In this document: positions 16,506 through 25,288 of the stretch, in pieces
Layout of the letters: each line of letters opens with the position of its first letter
Numbering within the stretch: position 1 is the stretch's first letter
DNA from: Rhodothermales bacterium
GTDB taxonomy: Bacteria; Bacteroidota; Rhodothermia; Rhodothermales; Bin80
DNA length: 64,000 bases
Assembly: GCA_022822185.1 (NCBI GenBank)
Contig: JAJECE010000077.1
Coordinates: 2,504-66,503, forward strand
Reading direction: 5' to 3'
The notes under the pieces: model-generated
What the model was told of the DNA's origin: nothing
The model's database searches: none
Seen by the model: only the letters and a program-made list of their open reading frames with translations
Made by a program: the position numbers and the translations under genes

Positions 16506-18593
16506 TTATGCGAGCCCATTTCGTTTTCGGAGCACCCATTCCAGCCCTAGTAGCAGGATAATGATTCCGAGTATCCAGGGAATCCGCCGCAGATCAAATT
16601 CCAGATCCTGTGACTTCGTAACGGAGACGAAGGAAGGATCCGCGTGAAGACGTTCCGGAAGCGTATGCAAGGATTCTTCCGTAAATAAATGCCCGCCAGA
16701 GCGGTGGGAAATTTGCCGGAGCAGTGCTTCATCGCTGTTTGTGCTGCGAGATTCCAGATTCACAGAACCAACCGTAAATATGCCCTGATCCATCCCCATA
16801 GATGTATTCATCCGCGTGACCTGTGCCGTGTAGGAATAGGTTCCTTCCGGGAGTGCATCAATGCGCAAGGTGAATCGTCCACTCCCCGTATTGGTCATTG
16901 TATAGGGATATTGCACCCCGTCCGGTGCGGTCAACTCCACCGTAACCACCGCATCCGAAACTGGGTTCAGACTCTCATCATACACCTGACCGGAAAAATC
17001 TATCGGCTCACTTCCGTCAAACGCAGTCAGCCGTGGCGCTACACGAACGGTTCGATCATCTTCCGGGGTGGTGAGCCACTGCATTAGATTTTCTACTACC
17101 TGTGGCCAGATACGGGGGATCTCCGCTGGGTCACCGGCGAGATTCAACCACCGCCAACTCCCGGATCCCAGGATCGCAGCAGTCCGATATCCAGCGCGGC
17201 TCCGGACTACGAACAGCGGTTCCTCCAGCGTAATTCCACGCAGACTTACCTGTCCAAGAATCCGGCTGTCTGATGTTACATTCCAGTGTCCAGTCGTCGC
17301 GATTAAAGGAGGAAGCCGCTCCCACAGTGCTTCAGGAACGTCCAGAATGGGATCTCGATATCCCGTCTGTGTAAGTTTTAATGTGGCCTCATCATAGAGT
17401 ACGCTTCCTGTCACCGCGGGCACAGCGGGAAGTACATTTGCAAATTCATCCCGCAGCCGCTGCAGATCCGTTTGACGGGTCAGCATAAAGAACAGTGGAA
17501 CCCCGGATTGTGCGGCACGGGCGACCACATTGACCGAGGCATCGCTGGCTTCACGCCCTGGGAAGCCAATCAGGATCATCGCATCATAGTCCCCCAGCGA
17601 ACCGGGCAGATTTCCTTCATAAAACCGGTCGGACTGCATCTGAACAAAGTTGTCCACCTGACGCACCTGATCACGGGTTAACAGGTTGTGCATCGCGGTC
17701 AGATCTGGATGGGGAGCAGCAGCAATGATACAGATTTTCTGACTTCGCTTTAGAACACGCACCGTAAAGGTTTCCCGGTTATTGGCAGCGGAAGCTTCAT
17801 TTTCCAGTTCGGTCACCGTCAACGTATACTGGAACAGGCCTTCTTTCTGTGGAATAAAGCGCAACGAGGCAATCGATTCCCCTTCAGAGATGGTCAGACT
17901 CTCAGAGGCAACCAGCGAATCCTGCGCATAAAGGCGAGTCGTGACCGTTTCGTCCGCATAACCTCGCAACAACAGAGATACATCAACGGGAACCTCCTGC
18001 CCGACATAGGCGAGCTCGTTGGTTACCGTCCGCGCAATCATCAGGTCCTGTTGTGCCAGCGTATCCCCTACAACCACGGTATGGATCGGAATACCGTAGT
18101 CTGCAGCGACATATACAGGATTGCGGCCCGTATTATACTGACCGTCCGAGATGAGCAGAACACTGCGCAGGTTCTGGTCGCGCAGGAAGTTTCGAATCTC
18201 TTCCAGAGCGCTGGAAATGTCGGTGCGCGGAGCAGTATCCCTTACCGCAGAAAGGCCCTCTATCGGACGTGTCGCTGCGCCAAACCCAAAATAATAGGTC
18301 TGCCCCTGTGTAACAGGCAACTCCTTTCTCCATTGATGTTGTGCCATGCTCTGGCTTTCATCCACCAGAACCGCCAATCCAGGCAGTCTCTCTTGCCGGA
18401 CATGCCTGTAAATCGAAGGTTCAAAGAGCAGGATGAGCAGGAATGCCAGCGCAATTCCCCGGAGTGTGGGCAGGAGCCAGCGGCTAAATCCACGGAGTTT
18501 CGGTTCTGTCTCACGATAAGAAAACCATGTGACGAAGCCGGCCAATGCCAACAGCAGGATCAATGGCCATGCATGCGTGCCGAATTCAATCAT
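16506..18593 (-). CDS. BatA-like/vWA-domain membrane protein
   Basis: 695 aa. N-terminal double TM (WPLILLLALAGFVTWF, LRGIALAFLLILLF), MIDAS-like LAVLVDESQSM, ILISDGQYNTG, and a C-terminal TM (IPWILGIIILLLGLEWVL). Confidence 0.75.
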   Translation of the reverse strand: MIEFGTHAWPLILLLALAGFVTWFSYRETEPKLRGFSRWLLPTLRGIALAFLLILLFEPSIYRHVRQERLPGLAVLVDESQSMAQHQWRKELPVTQGQTYYFGFGAATRPIEGLSAVRDTAPRTDISSALEEIRNFLRDQNLRSVLLISDGQYNTGRNPVYVAADYGIPIHTVVVGDTLAQQDLMIARTVTNELAYVGQEVPVDVSLLLRGYADETVTTRLYAQDSLVASESLTISEGESIASLRFIPQKEGLFQYTLTVTELENEASAANNRETFTVRVLKRSQKICIIAAAPHPDLTAMHNLLTRDQVRQVDNFVQMQSDRFYEGNLPGSLGDYDAMILIGFPGREASDASVNVVARAAQSGVPLFFMLTRQTDLQRLRDEFANVLPAVPAVTGSVLYDEATLKLTQTGYRDPILDVPEALWERLPPLIATTGHWNVTSDSRILGQVSLRGITLEEPLFVVRSRAGYRTAAILGSGSWRWLNLAGDPAEIPRIWPQVVENLMQWLTTPEDDRTVRVAPRLTAFDGSEPIDFSGQVYDESLNPVSDAVVTVELTAPDGVQYPYTMTNTGSGRFTLRIDALPEGTYSYTAQVTRMNTSMGMDQGIFTVGSVNLESRSTNSDEALLRQISHRSGGHLFTEESLHTLPERLHADPSFVSVTKSQDLEFDLRRIPWILGIIILLLGLEWVLRKRNGLA

Positions 18594-18831
18594 CTGCCTG
18601 AAAGGTCGTCTGCTATCCCTTCAACATGATCTGGATGCATGGACAATGAATTCATATCCGTCCAATCTTGCGACATATTTTGATGGAATGACCATTCGGG
18701 TCATTTTAGACCCTTGCCGGATCGTTACGAAAAATCAGTAGACAAGATCACAAAGCGGAGGAGGCGCTGCGTTTCTTTTTTCCTTCGGCCGTAAAGAGAC
18801 CCGGTCATGTTCATTGCATTCCAGAAAACGA

Positions 18832-20574
18832 TCAGAATCCGACACGGCTTAGCAATCCCGACTGCATTTCACCGTCAAATTGCAGCATATAGACATAAAC
18901 CCCTGGGGGCAGGTGGGCTCCATGAAACTGTACAGACATACTTCCAGCCTGAATCGGTCCCTGATAGACGGTTCCAACTTCCCGTCCAAGTACATCAATG
19001 ACTATCAGTCGGGCATGGGAGACGGGTTCGGCTGCCTCAATGGTGAAATGAACGACACCCTGAAACGGATTCGGGTAAGGCATATGTACGGTCAGATGAC
19101 GGGGAACAGGAATTTCTTCCGCGGACCGGTTGACTGCCATTGCGCTCATGATTGCGGCATCCGCATTCACCAATCCCCAACCATAATCGTTGTCCGGAGT
19201 ACTGGACTGACTGGCGGTGGAGGTCAATACCTGCCAGACATCCTTCGGCCCGAGGCTGGGATTCGCCTGAAGAATCTGAGTCACGATTCCCGCGACCATT
19301 GGAGCAGAAAACGATGTTCCTCCCCCCTGGTGGCCATAGTGTTCGATTCGCTCCGCATGAGACACCCTAAATCCCTGTGCAGAGACATCAGGTTTAATTC
19401 GATCATCCGCCGTGGGCCCACGGCTGCTGAACCCGGCAATGAAATGATCTCTCAGCGGAGAGCAGACAAAACTGAAAAAGATGTCTTCAGGACAAACTGC
19501 GCCCACGGCAATCACCGAGTCACCATCTGCCGGCGTGCTGAGAGTTTGCCTTCCAGGTCCCTCATTTCCTGCACTGTTGACGGGAACCACTCCGCGACTT
19601 GCAGCAGCATCCATCGCAATGGTCGTAAGTCCGGTGTCCCCGTCCAGGTCACTTTTAATATAGCTTCGCTGACCGCCATCAAAATCAAAATATCCCAGCG
19701 AAGCCGTAATCACATCTACTCCTTCGGACTCCATCCACTCCACTGCGGCCACAAAGTTGTCTTCTTCAATGTTACGCTCATAGGGAGCACACTCCGTCGC
19801 CGCCGCGTAAATAGTTGCGCCATGTCCAGGACCAATGAGTCGCCCCTCGTGATAGCCGACGGCAATGGAGGCGACATCCATTCCGTGGGGATGTTCGCTA
19901 CGGCATGGCTGCGATGAATCCCTGTTAGTAAAATCCCGGAATTCAATCAGGCGACCATCGTCAGTTATATGACGCAATGAGCGATGACTGAAGGGACCCA
20001 GCCCACCGTCACTAAAATGGGTATCAATAAAGCCCAGGATTACCCCGGTCCCGTTAATACCACGCTCAAGCGGTGGAATTGCATTCACAATATCCAGTTG
20101 AGTACAGGACGGGCCATACACGCTTGACGGGCAGTTTGAAGAAATCCGTTCCGGAATCACAGGGGAGACCGGTATGTACGGCTGTCTGTCCGGTGCCAGA
20201 TGTGCGACAGGACGGATTTCTCGCACATAGGGAAGGGCGGCTATGTGCGCTGCCTCGTCTTCACTGAGCCGCGCCGTTACGGCATTCAGCCAACGACTTC
20301 TATGTTCAATCGTCACCCCCATTTCTTGAAGATCCGCCTCATAGACATACGAAATGGGCGCATCCTGCAGGGCAAACCTCGCCGAGAATTGCGACTCTCC
20401 TCTCAATGCACGGCGAGCGATGGCTTTATCCGCCAGATACCCCTCTTCCACCTGAGTATTTTTGCCGGAAGCATCCAACTTGTCCGTTAAGAAAATCCAG
20501 TATTTGGTTTCCTCCTGGGCAGTTGCAAAATGGGGGATGATCCACAGAAGAATGAAGAATAAGATGATACGCAT
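18832..20574 (-). CDS. S8 (subtilisin-family) serine peptidase with T9SS C-terminal sorting domain, paralog 1
   Basis: 580 aa. Signal peptide and a propeptide-like N-terminus (KYWIFLTDK...). Triad contexts are GFIDTHF (Asp), HPHGMDVASIAV (His) and GGGTSFSAPMVAGIV (Ser). The C-terminus is YPNPFQGVVHFTIEA...GVYVYMLQFDGEMQSGLLSRVGF. Confidence 0.9.
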   Translation of the reverse strand: MRIILFFILLWIIPHFATAQEETKYWIFLTDKLDASGKNTQVEEGYLADKAIARRALRGESQFSARFALQDAPISYVYEADLQEMGVTIEHRSRWLNAVTARLSEDEAAHIAALPYVREIRPVAHLAPDRQPYIPVSPVIPERISSNCPSSVYGPSCTQLDIVNAIPPLERGINGTGVILGFIDTHFSDGGLGPFSHRSLRHITDDGRLIEFRDFTNRDSSQPCRSEHPHGMDVASIAVGYHEGRLIGPGHGATIYAAATECAPYERNIEEDNFVAAVEWMESEGVDVITASLGYFDFDGGQRSYIKSDLDGDTGLTTIAMDAAASRGVVPVNSAGNEGPGRQTLSTPADGDSVIAVGAVCPEDIFFSFVCSPLRDHFIAGFSSRGPTADDRIKPDVSAQGFRVSHAERIEHYGHQGGGTSFSAPMVAGIVTQILQANPSLGPKDVWQVLTSTASQSSTPDNDYGWGLVNADAAIMSAMAVNRSAEEIPVPRHLTVHMPYPNPFQGVVHFTIEAAEPVSHARLIVIDVLGREVGTVYQGPIQAGSMSVQFHGAHLPPGVYVYMLQFDGEMQSGLLSRVGF

Positions 20575-20611
20575 GATGCTGAATATGAATGAAAAATTTC
20601 GGGAATTTACG

Positions 20612-21448
20612 TCAATTTTCGATAGTGCACCGGGAGGATGTACGAGAACGATTCGTCAAACTAAATGCTCTTGGAAGCAGATCCTCTGTACGAAAACATT
20701 CCGGTGACTGACTGCCCCGATCCATCCAGATGACGGATTCGGGAGCAATTTCATACAGTACCTGCCTGCAGGCCCCGCAGGGGGTTGCGGCAGCAGATTT
20801 TAAGCAGGAAACATAAACACTTTCAATGTTGGATACGCCCGCACTCACCGCGGCCGCAATCGCAATGCGTTCAGCACAAAGGATTCGTGTCCAGTCAGGA
20901 TATTCAATATTCGCACCCTGAAAATACTGAGAGTTGTCCGTAACCGCAATTGCGCCGACTGGAAAATCCGATTCCGGCGTTCTGGCATTTGCTGCTGCTT
21001 GCCGAGCAAGGCGAATACCCGTATATGGATTGATCGGTTCGGTAACATGCCTGCGCATCGTGAGCTGGGTACGAATCCGGTACGTGAATCCCGGTGTGCC
21101 AAAAAAGTCTTCCTCCAGTTGTTCTATCGGCGGTGTTACGGATTGAAGGATGCTAAAACTTTCCTCCGCTTTTGCGGGGGCACTCAAAATAACGGCGGCA
21201 ATATCTTCTCTTCCCGTCATAACTGCACGGACCAGCGCAGAATGTAACGCAGGGATGACGAGCGGGTAGGAGGCATTCTCAATCCGAACTCCACAGATCC
21301 AGTCTCCGTCTGACAGAAGCACCAATGCAGCTCTTGGTTGGCCCGAATAGGGAACGTAGGCGCGGAGCGCAGCTTCTTTGGCAGAACGCCTTAATGTGTC
21401 AATTACTGAAGATTCTCCCATGGGTTCAGGAACGCAAAGAACGATCAA
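20612..21448 (-). CDS. Two-domain cytidine deaminase-like protein (degenerate N-terminal CDA fold + catalytic C-terminal CDA domain)
   Basis: 278 aa. The C-terminal half has the zinc motifs CAERIAI and PCGACRQ. The N-terminal half (AALRAYVPYSGQPRAALVLLSDGDWICGVRIENASY...) resembles a CDA fold but lacks both motifs. Confidence 0.8.
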   Translation of the reverse strand: MIVLCVPEPMGESSVIDTLRRSAKEAALRAYVPYSGQPRAALVLLSDGDWICGVRIENASYPLVIPALHSALVRAVMTGREDIAAVILSAPAKAEESFSILQSVTPPIEQLEEDFFGTPGFTYRIRTQLTMRRHVTEPINPYTGIRLARQAAANARTPESDFPVGAIAVTDNSQYFQGANIEYPDWTRILCAERIAIAAAVSAGVSNIESVYVSCLKSAAATPCGACRQVLYEIAPESVIWMDRGSQSPECFRTEDLLPRAFSLTNRSRTSSRCTIEN

Positions 21449-21468
21449 TCAGTTTACGCTTATCTGCA

Positions 21469-21552
21469 GCCGGGATGGCGGAATTGGTAGACGCAACGGA
21501 CTTAAAATCCGTTGGCCGTAAGGTCGTGCGGGTTCAAGTCCCGCTCCCGGTA
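21469..21552 (+). tRNA. tRNA-Leu (anticodon UAA), long variable arm
   Basis: Acceptor GCCGGGA, then U-G, then a D arm reading GCGG-AAUUGGUA-GACGC in sequence order (not resolved further by eye). Anticodon stem ACGGA/UCCGU with loop CUUAAAA, variable arm UGGCCGUAAGGUCGU, T arm GCGGG-UUCAAGU-CCCGC, acceptor 3' strand UCCCGGU, discriminator A. Position 1-72 is a G-U wobble by my fold. Coordinates are anchored on the overlapping tracked ORF 21325..21558. Confidence 0.9.
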
Positions 21553-21965
21553 CAATGATCATCGAAGTAATGCAGAAGATCTCTTCCATTGGCATAAATT
21601 TCTATCACGGCTTGTGTGCTGCACTTGTACGCAGGATACATCTATTTCGTGCATGGTGGAGATGGATGCAGGAGCAGACCGAAAGGAATTTCAACCTGCA
21701 CCGGACAACAGATCGGATGACATCCACTTTTCACACACACAGCTCCCTAGTCAATCCTCCCTGACGACTGGCAGATCCGTCCAATAAAGCAGAGGTTTTT
21801 CCGCTTCATGTCTGTGGGTTATTTACACACGAAGAAACGAACCACAATTTCTAATTGCCCTGATTACCGTTTTGGATCATTCCTGGAAAAATCCCGCATG
21901 TTAAGTCTTTGTACAATGGATCGGAGGTGCGTAGTCAGAACCGCTTTGCCGCCTGCAATGCAGAA

Positions 21966-22030
21966 GATCATGCCCGCATCTGACCACCGTCAGAATGGCG
22001 GGGAAACGGGGATCGCATTTGATCAAAGAA
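21966..22030 (+). repeat. Conserved non-coding element, copy C
   Basis: Contains GATCATGCCCGCATCTGACCACC (21966..21988), AATGGCG (21994..22000), ACGGGGATCGC (22006..22016) and TGATCAAAGA (22020..22029). The order matches copy A, and the core spacing is identical. Confidence 0.5.
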
Positions 22031-22115
22031 TGTCTAATGCAGAATATTCGTTTAATTGAATATAATTTCTTATATTAGTTGCCGGTGTCAAACTTTCAAC
22101 CAAACAAACAAACAA

Positions 22116-22538
22116 ATGCAGTTAAAACTATGGGACTCGAAGACGAAGGGATTACGGCCTAAGGTGAGTATCCAGGCTATGGGCAGGTTTGCCTTTAACA
22201 GGGATGCAGGCAAATACATGAGCCTCAAGTCAAACCCCTCCTATGTTCTGGCAACCAGGCCGGGAGATCAGGAATTGGCACAACTATTTTTAGTTGAAAC
22301 AAAAAAGGTGCTTCAGGCAGGCATCAACCCTGTCCGGGCGGTGAACTCTTCGGCCTATTCCTATATCAACGTCAAAAATGTTCTGGACCGCCTCGGGATT
22401 GATTATAAAAACCGGGTGATCTCTTACAACATTAGACTCTCCAACGAAACGTTTCAGGGGTGTCGGGTCTTCGTTCTGAAGAGGAAGATAAACAAGCCAA
22501 GAAGGAAGAACAAAAGTTCTGCGGATCAGGCAGAATAA
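22116..22538 (+). CDS. Hypothetical protein (orphan, AT-rich upstream region, next to tRNA-Leu)
   Basis: The tracked ORF is 22056..22538. The first ATG (MQLKLWDSKTKGL...) is at 22116, preceded by AACCAAACAAACAAACAA. The C-terminus is basic (KRKINKPRRKNK). No family recognised. Confidence 0.55.
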   Translation: MQLKLWDSKTKGLRPKVSIQAMGRFAFNRDAGKYMSLKSNPSYVLATRPGDQELAQLFLVETKKVLQAGINPVRAVNSSAYSYINVKNVLDRLGIDYKNRVISYNIRLSNETFQGCRVFVLKRKINKPRRKNKSSADQAE

Positions 22539-22628
22539 ATCGTATCCTCTTACTGTGAACACTTCCCTCATCTCCACGGACAGGGAGGTGGGCTGTGTCC
22601 GCTGGATTCCTCAAGGGCTTGACGGCTG

Positions 22629-22664
22629 CCCCGGGATCATGGATTTTAATCCACGGTCCCGGGG
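22629..22664. terminator. 8-bp hairpin between convergent genes
   Basis: CCCCGGGA (22629..22636) pairs with TCCCGGGG (22657..22664), loop 20 nt, no U-tract. Weak call. Confidence 0.3.
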
Positions 22665-22675
22665 CTTCGCAGTTT

Positions 22676-23416
22676 CTACCTGAACTGATTCATTTTCTCC
22701 GACATAATCTCCAGATACTCCTCTGGAGTGATCCGGATACCTTCGGGAGCATTGAGTTCTTTTTCAAGCCCCTCTTCAAGCCTCACCGCGACAAAACTGA
22801 TACTGCCGGTAAACCCCTGTGGTGTCTGCATCCCCGTCTCAATCAGTAGAGGGAGCCCTGGAAGCCCGCCGAACTGCAACGGTCCTGCCATGGACAGAAG
22901 ATCGGTCGAGTACCAGGCAACAACATTGAGAGTGTCCGAGAGAAACTCGGCCTTCTTGACGAGATAGCCCAGAATTGTGCTATCTGCATCCACTAAACTC
23001 CAGTCGATGGTCTCAATGTTTTGCGAGATCAGGTACGGCGCTTTTTCATCAAAACTGGGCATTTGTGATAGAACCGTGCCCTCTACATAGTCCGTATAAC
23101 TCAATCCTAAAGGCATCTCACCTCCAAATGGATTCATTCCAGCGGGGAAGGAGCTCAGATCAGGTCGCATCAGGGACTTCGTACCGCTGAAGTCCATATA
23201 CATCCGAAGGGTTCGGAACTGCTCCGGGATACCTGAAAATTGCTGCATCATCTGTGCAACCATGGTAGAGTCTATTGGCATATCCGGAGGCAGGTTTGCC
23301 ATGATGGTTTCCATAGGGGGCATCTCCATCTCGTATCTCATGGAATACTCCACCGTCCCCTCTTGTGCAAAAAGGGCAGCAGGAAAGAAGAAAAGCAGAA
23401 GTATCAGACAGCGCAT
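22676..23416 (-). CDS. GLPGLI family protein
   Basis: Contains ...PLQFGGLPGLPLLIETG..., the family-defining GLPGLI-type motif. The signal peptide MRCLILLLFFFPAALFAQ starts at the internal Met (23416). The tracked ORF extends to 23461. Confidence 0.85.
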   Translation of the reverse strand: MRCLILLLFFFPAALFAQEGTVEYSMRYEMEMPPMETIMANLPPDMPIDSTMVAQMMQQFSGIPEQFRTLRMYMDFSGTKSLMRPDLSSFPAGMNPFGGEMPLGLSYTDYVEGTVLSQMPSFDEKAPYLISQNIETIDWSLVDADSTILGYLVKKAEFLSDTLNVVAWYSTDLLSMAGPLQFGGLPGLPLLIETGMQTPQGFTGSISFVAVRLEEGLEKELNAPEGIRITPEEYLEIMSEKMNQFR

Positions 23417-23511
23417 GTAGATTATGATTGTTTCAGATTCGTACCCCTTCAGTACGTGCAAAGTTGCGTTACGAAAATCACACAGTGTACTCTCACGAAC
23501 CGGATAAACCT

Positions 23512-23551
23512 AAAAACGCTCCCCTGTATCAAAGCACAGAGGAGCGTTTTT
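23512..23551 (-). terminator. Intrinsic terminator after susD-like gene (symmetrical, could act both ways)
   Basis: AAAAACGCTCC (23512..23522) pairs with GGAGCGTTTTT (23541..23551), loop 18 nt. A/T runs lie on both flanks. It sits 21 nt downstream of the SusD-like stop. Confidence 0.65.
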
Positions 23552-23571
23552 AATCAGAAAATTTGCAAAAC

Positions 23572-25263
23572 CTAGTACCCGGGGTTCTGGACTAGATTCG
23601 GATTGGCCTGTATTTGGTTCTTTGGAATGGGGGCGACATTGCGGAAAGCTCCCGATACGGCTCCCGCTGCATCTCCTCCTGGATGTTTGAACCGCCAGGG
23701 ATCATTAAAGCGTGTCTCGCCACCGGCAATACCAGCAAACCGGATCAGATCCTGTCGCCGTGTCTGTTCAAAGAACAATTCCCTCGCCCGTTCCGCAACC
23801 AGACGGTCCGCAGTCAGCATATCAAAGCCATCCACACCAGAGCGCATACGAATTTGATTGACCAATGCCAGAGCTTCTGCATTCGCAGGATTTTGTCTCC
23901 ACAGGACCTCTGCCTTGAGAAGAAGTACATCTGCATATCGGAAGATGACAAAGTCGTTGCTCATCTCACTGCCGATTCCAGGTTCAAACTCGTACTTCCC
24001 GATCCGTGCACCGCACTGGCGACAGGCAACTCCCTGGATGTCATTGATCGTCGGCACAAAGGACAGAGGAGGTCCATTCATGTCAAAATCGCTGAATACA
24101 CCTGAATCCTCAACACGGTCCCCTGCAGCAGTGTATTGCGGGCCAACCAGAAAATTCCCCAGGCGGTCATCCATCGTCCCCATGACCATCTCAACCCCCA
24201 TATCATCACTGGTAGGATTGACCCCGAATACCTCTCCCTGCGGCCCCGGGTTCTGCATCGGATCAATCACCGATTCATAGAGTTTCTGGGTTGCACTCCA
24301 GCCATTCCATGGCTGATTCTGGAAGTTGTAGGTGTTCTGGCTTCCATAATGCAAGGTCATTTGATGCAGGTTAAACCCACCTCGAAATACTTTGTCATAA
24401 GGAACGACAAAAATATTCTCGGGGGAACCCTCATTCAGAATCAGAAAATTAGAATGATAGTCATCTGCGAGACTGAATGCACCCGAGTTGATGATTTCAT
24501 TCAGGTGCGTCAAGGCATCATTCCATCGTGGAGTCCCTGTGTAGACCTCGGCATTCATGTATAATTTCGCCAGCGTCATGTGTGCCACATACGCGTTCAT
24601 TCTGCCATAGGTGGCCCGGGGATCGGTGCTCAGATTGGGCAGGTTATCCTTGAGCTCTTTCTCCACAAACTCAAAGACCATGCGCCGTCCCTCATCAAAA
24701 TTTGAAGAGGGCTGGGAGGGCTGCTCCGGTGCATCCACAAAACTGGTCACGAGTGGCACGTTGCCGAAGGCATCCAGGAGCCAGTAGTAGTAGAATGCTC
24801 GCAGCGCCTTCAGTTCGGACACGAATGGAGTCACCAGACTTTCATTGGCCGTTCCTTCCGCCAGCGCACTCTCGAACTGAAAGATGAGACGGTTCGCATT
24901 ATTCACGCCCCCAAAATATCCCGTCCAGAATCCATCAAAGGTGTCTTCTTCCGAAGTCCAGGTATGGGTATGCAGACGGAACCAGAATCCACCATCGGAC
25001 CAGTCCTGCCCTCTGGTTGGAACAATGAGTTCATCCGTGGTGACCTCGTTCAACTGCGCCGGCGGACCACTTCCGCCAACACTGCCTAAGTTACTGTATG
25101 CATCGCCCATGGCAGAAATAAACTGCTGGTCGTCCTGAAAGAAGTCAACCGGTTCAACCTGATCGTCAACGGGCTCGGAAAGGTCCGTGCATGCCGAAAC
25201 GAAGAGCATCATGCCCAGTGCAAGAACCAACGAGCGAAGTGTGAGTGTTTTTTTCATTTTCAA
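23572..25263 (-). CDS. SusD/RagB-family nutrient-binding outer-membrane lipoprotein
   Basis: 563 aa. Lipobox LFVSAC. Typical SusD features are present (helical N-terminal half, ...FRYADVLLLKAEVLWRQ...ALALVNQIRMRSG...), and it lies immediately downstream of a SusC-like gene. Confidence 0.9.
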   Translation of the reverse strand: MKMKKTLTLRSLVLALGMMLFVSACTDLSEPVDDQVEPVDFFQDDQQFISAMGDAYSNLGSVGGSGPPAQLNEVTTDELIVPTRGQDWSDGGFWFRLHTHTWTSEEDTFDGFWTGYFGGVNNANRLIFQFESALAEGTANESLVTPFVSELKALRAFYYYWLLDAFGNVPLVTSFVDAPEQPSQPSSNFDEGRRMVFEFVEKELKDNLPNLSTDPRATYGRMNAYVAHMTLAKLYMNAEVYTGTPRWNDALTHLNEIINSGAFSLADDYHSNFLILNEGSPENIFVVPYDKVFRGGFNLHQMTLHYGSQNTYNFQNQPWNGWSATQKLYESVIDPMQNPGPQGEVFGVNPTSDDMGVEMVMGTMDDRLGNFLVGPQYTAAGDRVEDSGVFSDFDMNGPPLSFVPTINDIQGVACRQCGARIGKYEFEPGIGSEMSNDFVIFRYADVLLLKAEVLWRQNPANAEALALVNQIRMRSGVDGFDMLTADRLVAERARELFFEQTRRQDLIRFAGIAGGETRFNDPWRFKHPGGDAAGAVSGAFRNVAPIPKNQIQANPNLVQNPGY

Positions 25264-25288
25264 TCTATTTACGTTTGTTGGTCTATGG

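Noticed and set aside
18880-19917. A very long antisense ORF (345 aa) opposite the S8 peptidase. Similar antisense ORFs of 225-272 aa occur at 29968..30786, 37541..38254, 40665..41390, 53880..54671 and 54672..55349.
   Set aside because: Each lies entirely inside a well-supported gene on the other strand. Their sequences are low-complexity and Arg/Ser/Pro-rich, with no motifs. This is the typical stop-codon depletion seen in antisense frames of moderately GC-rich genes.
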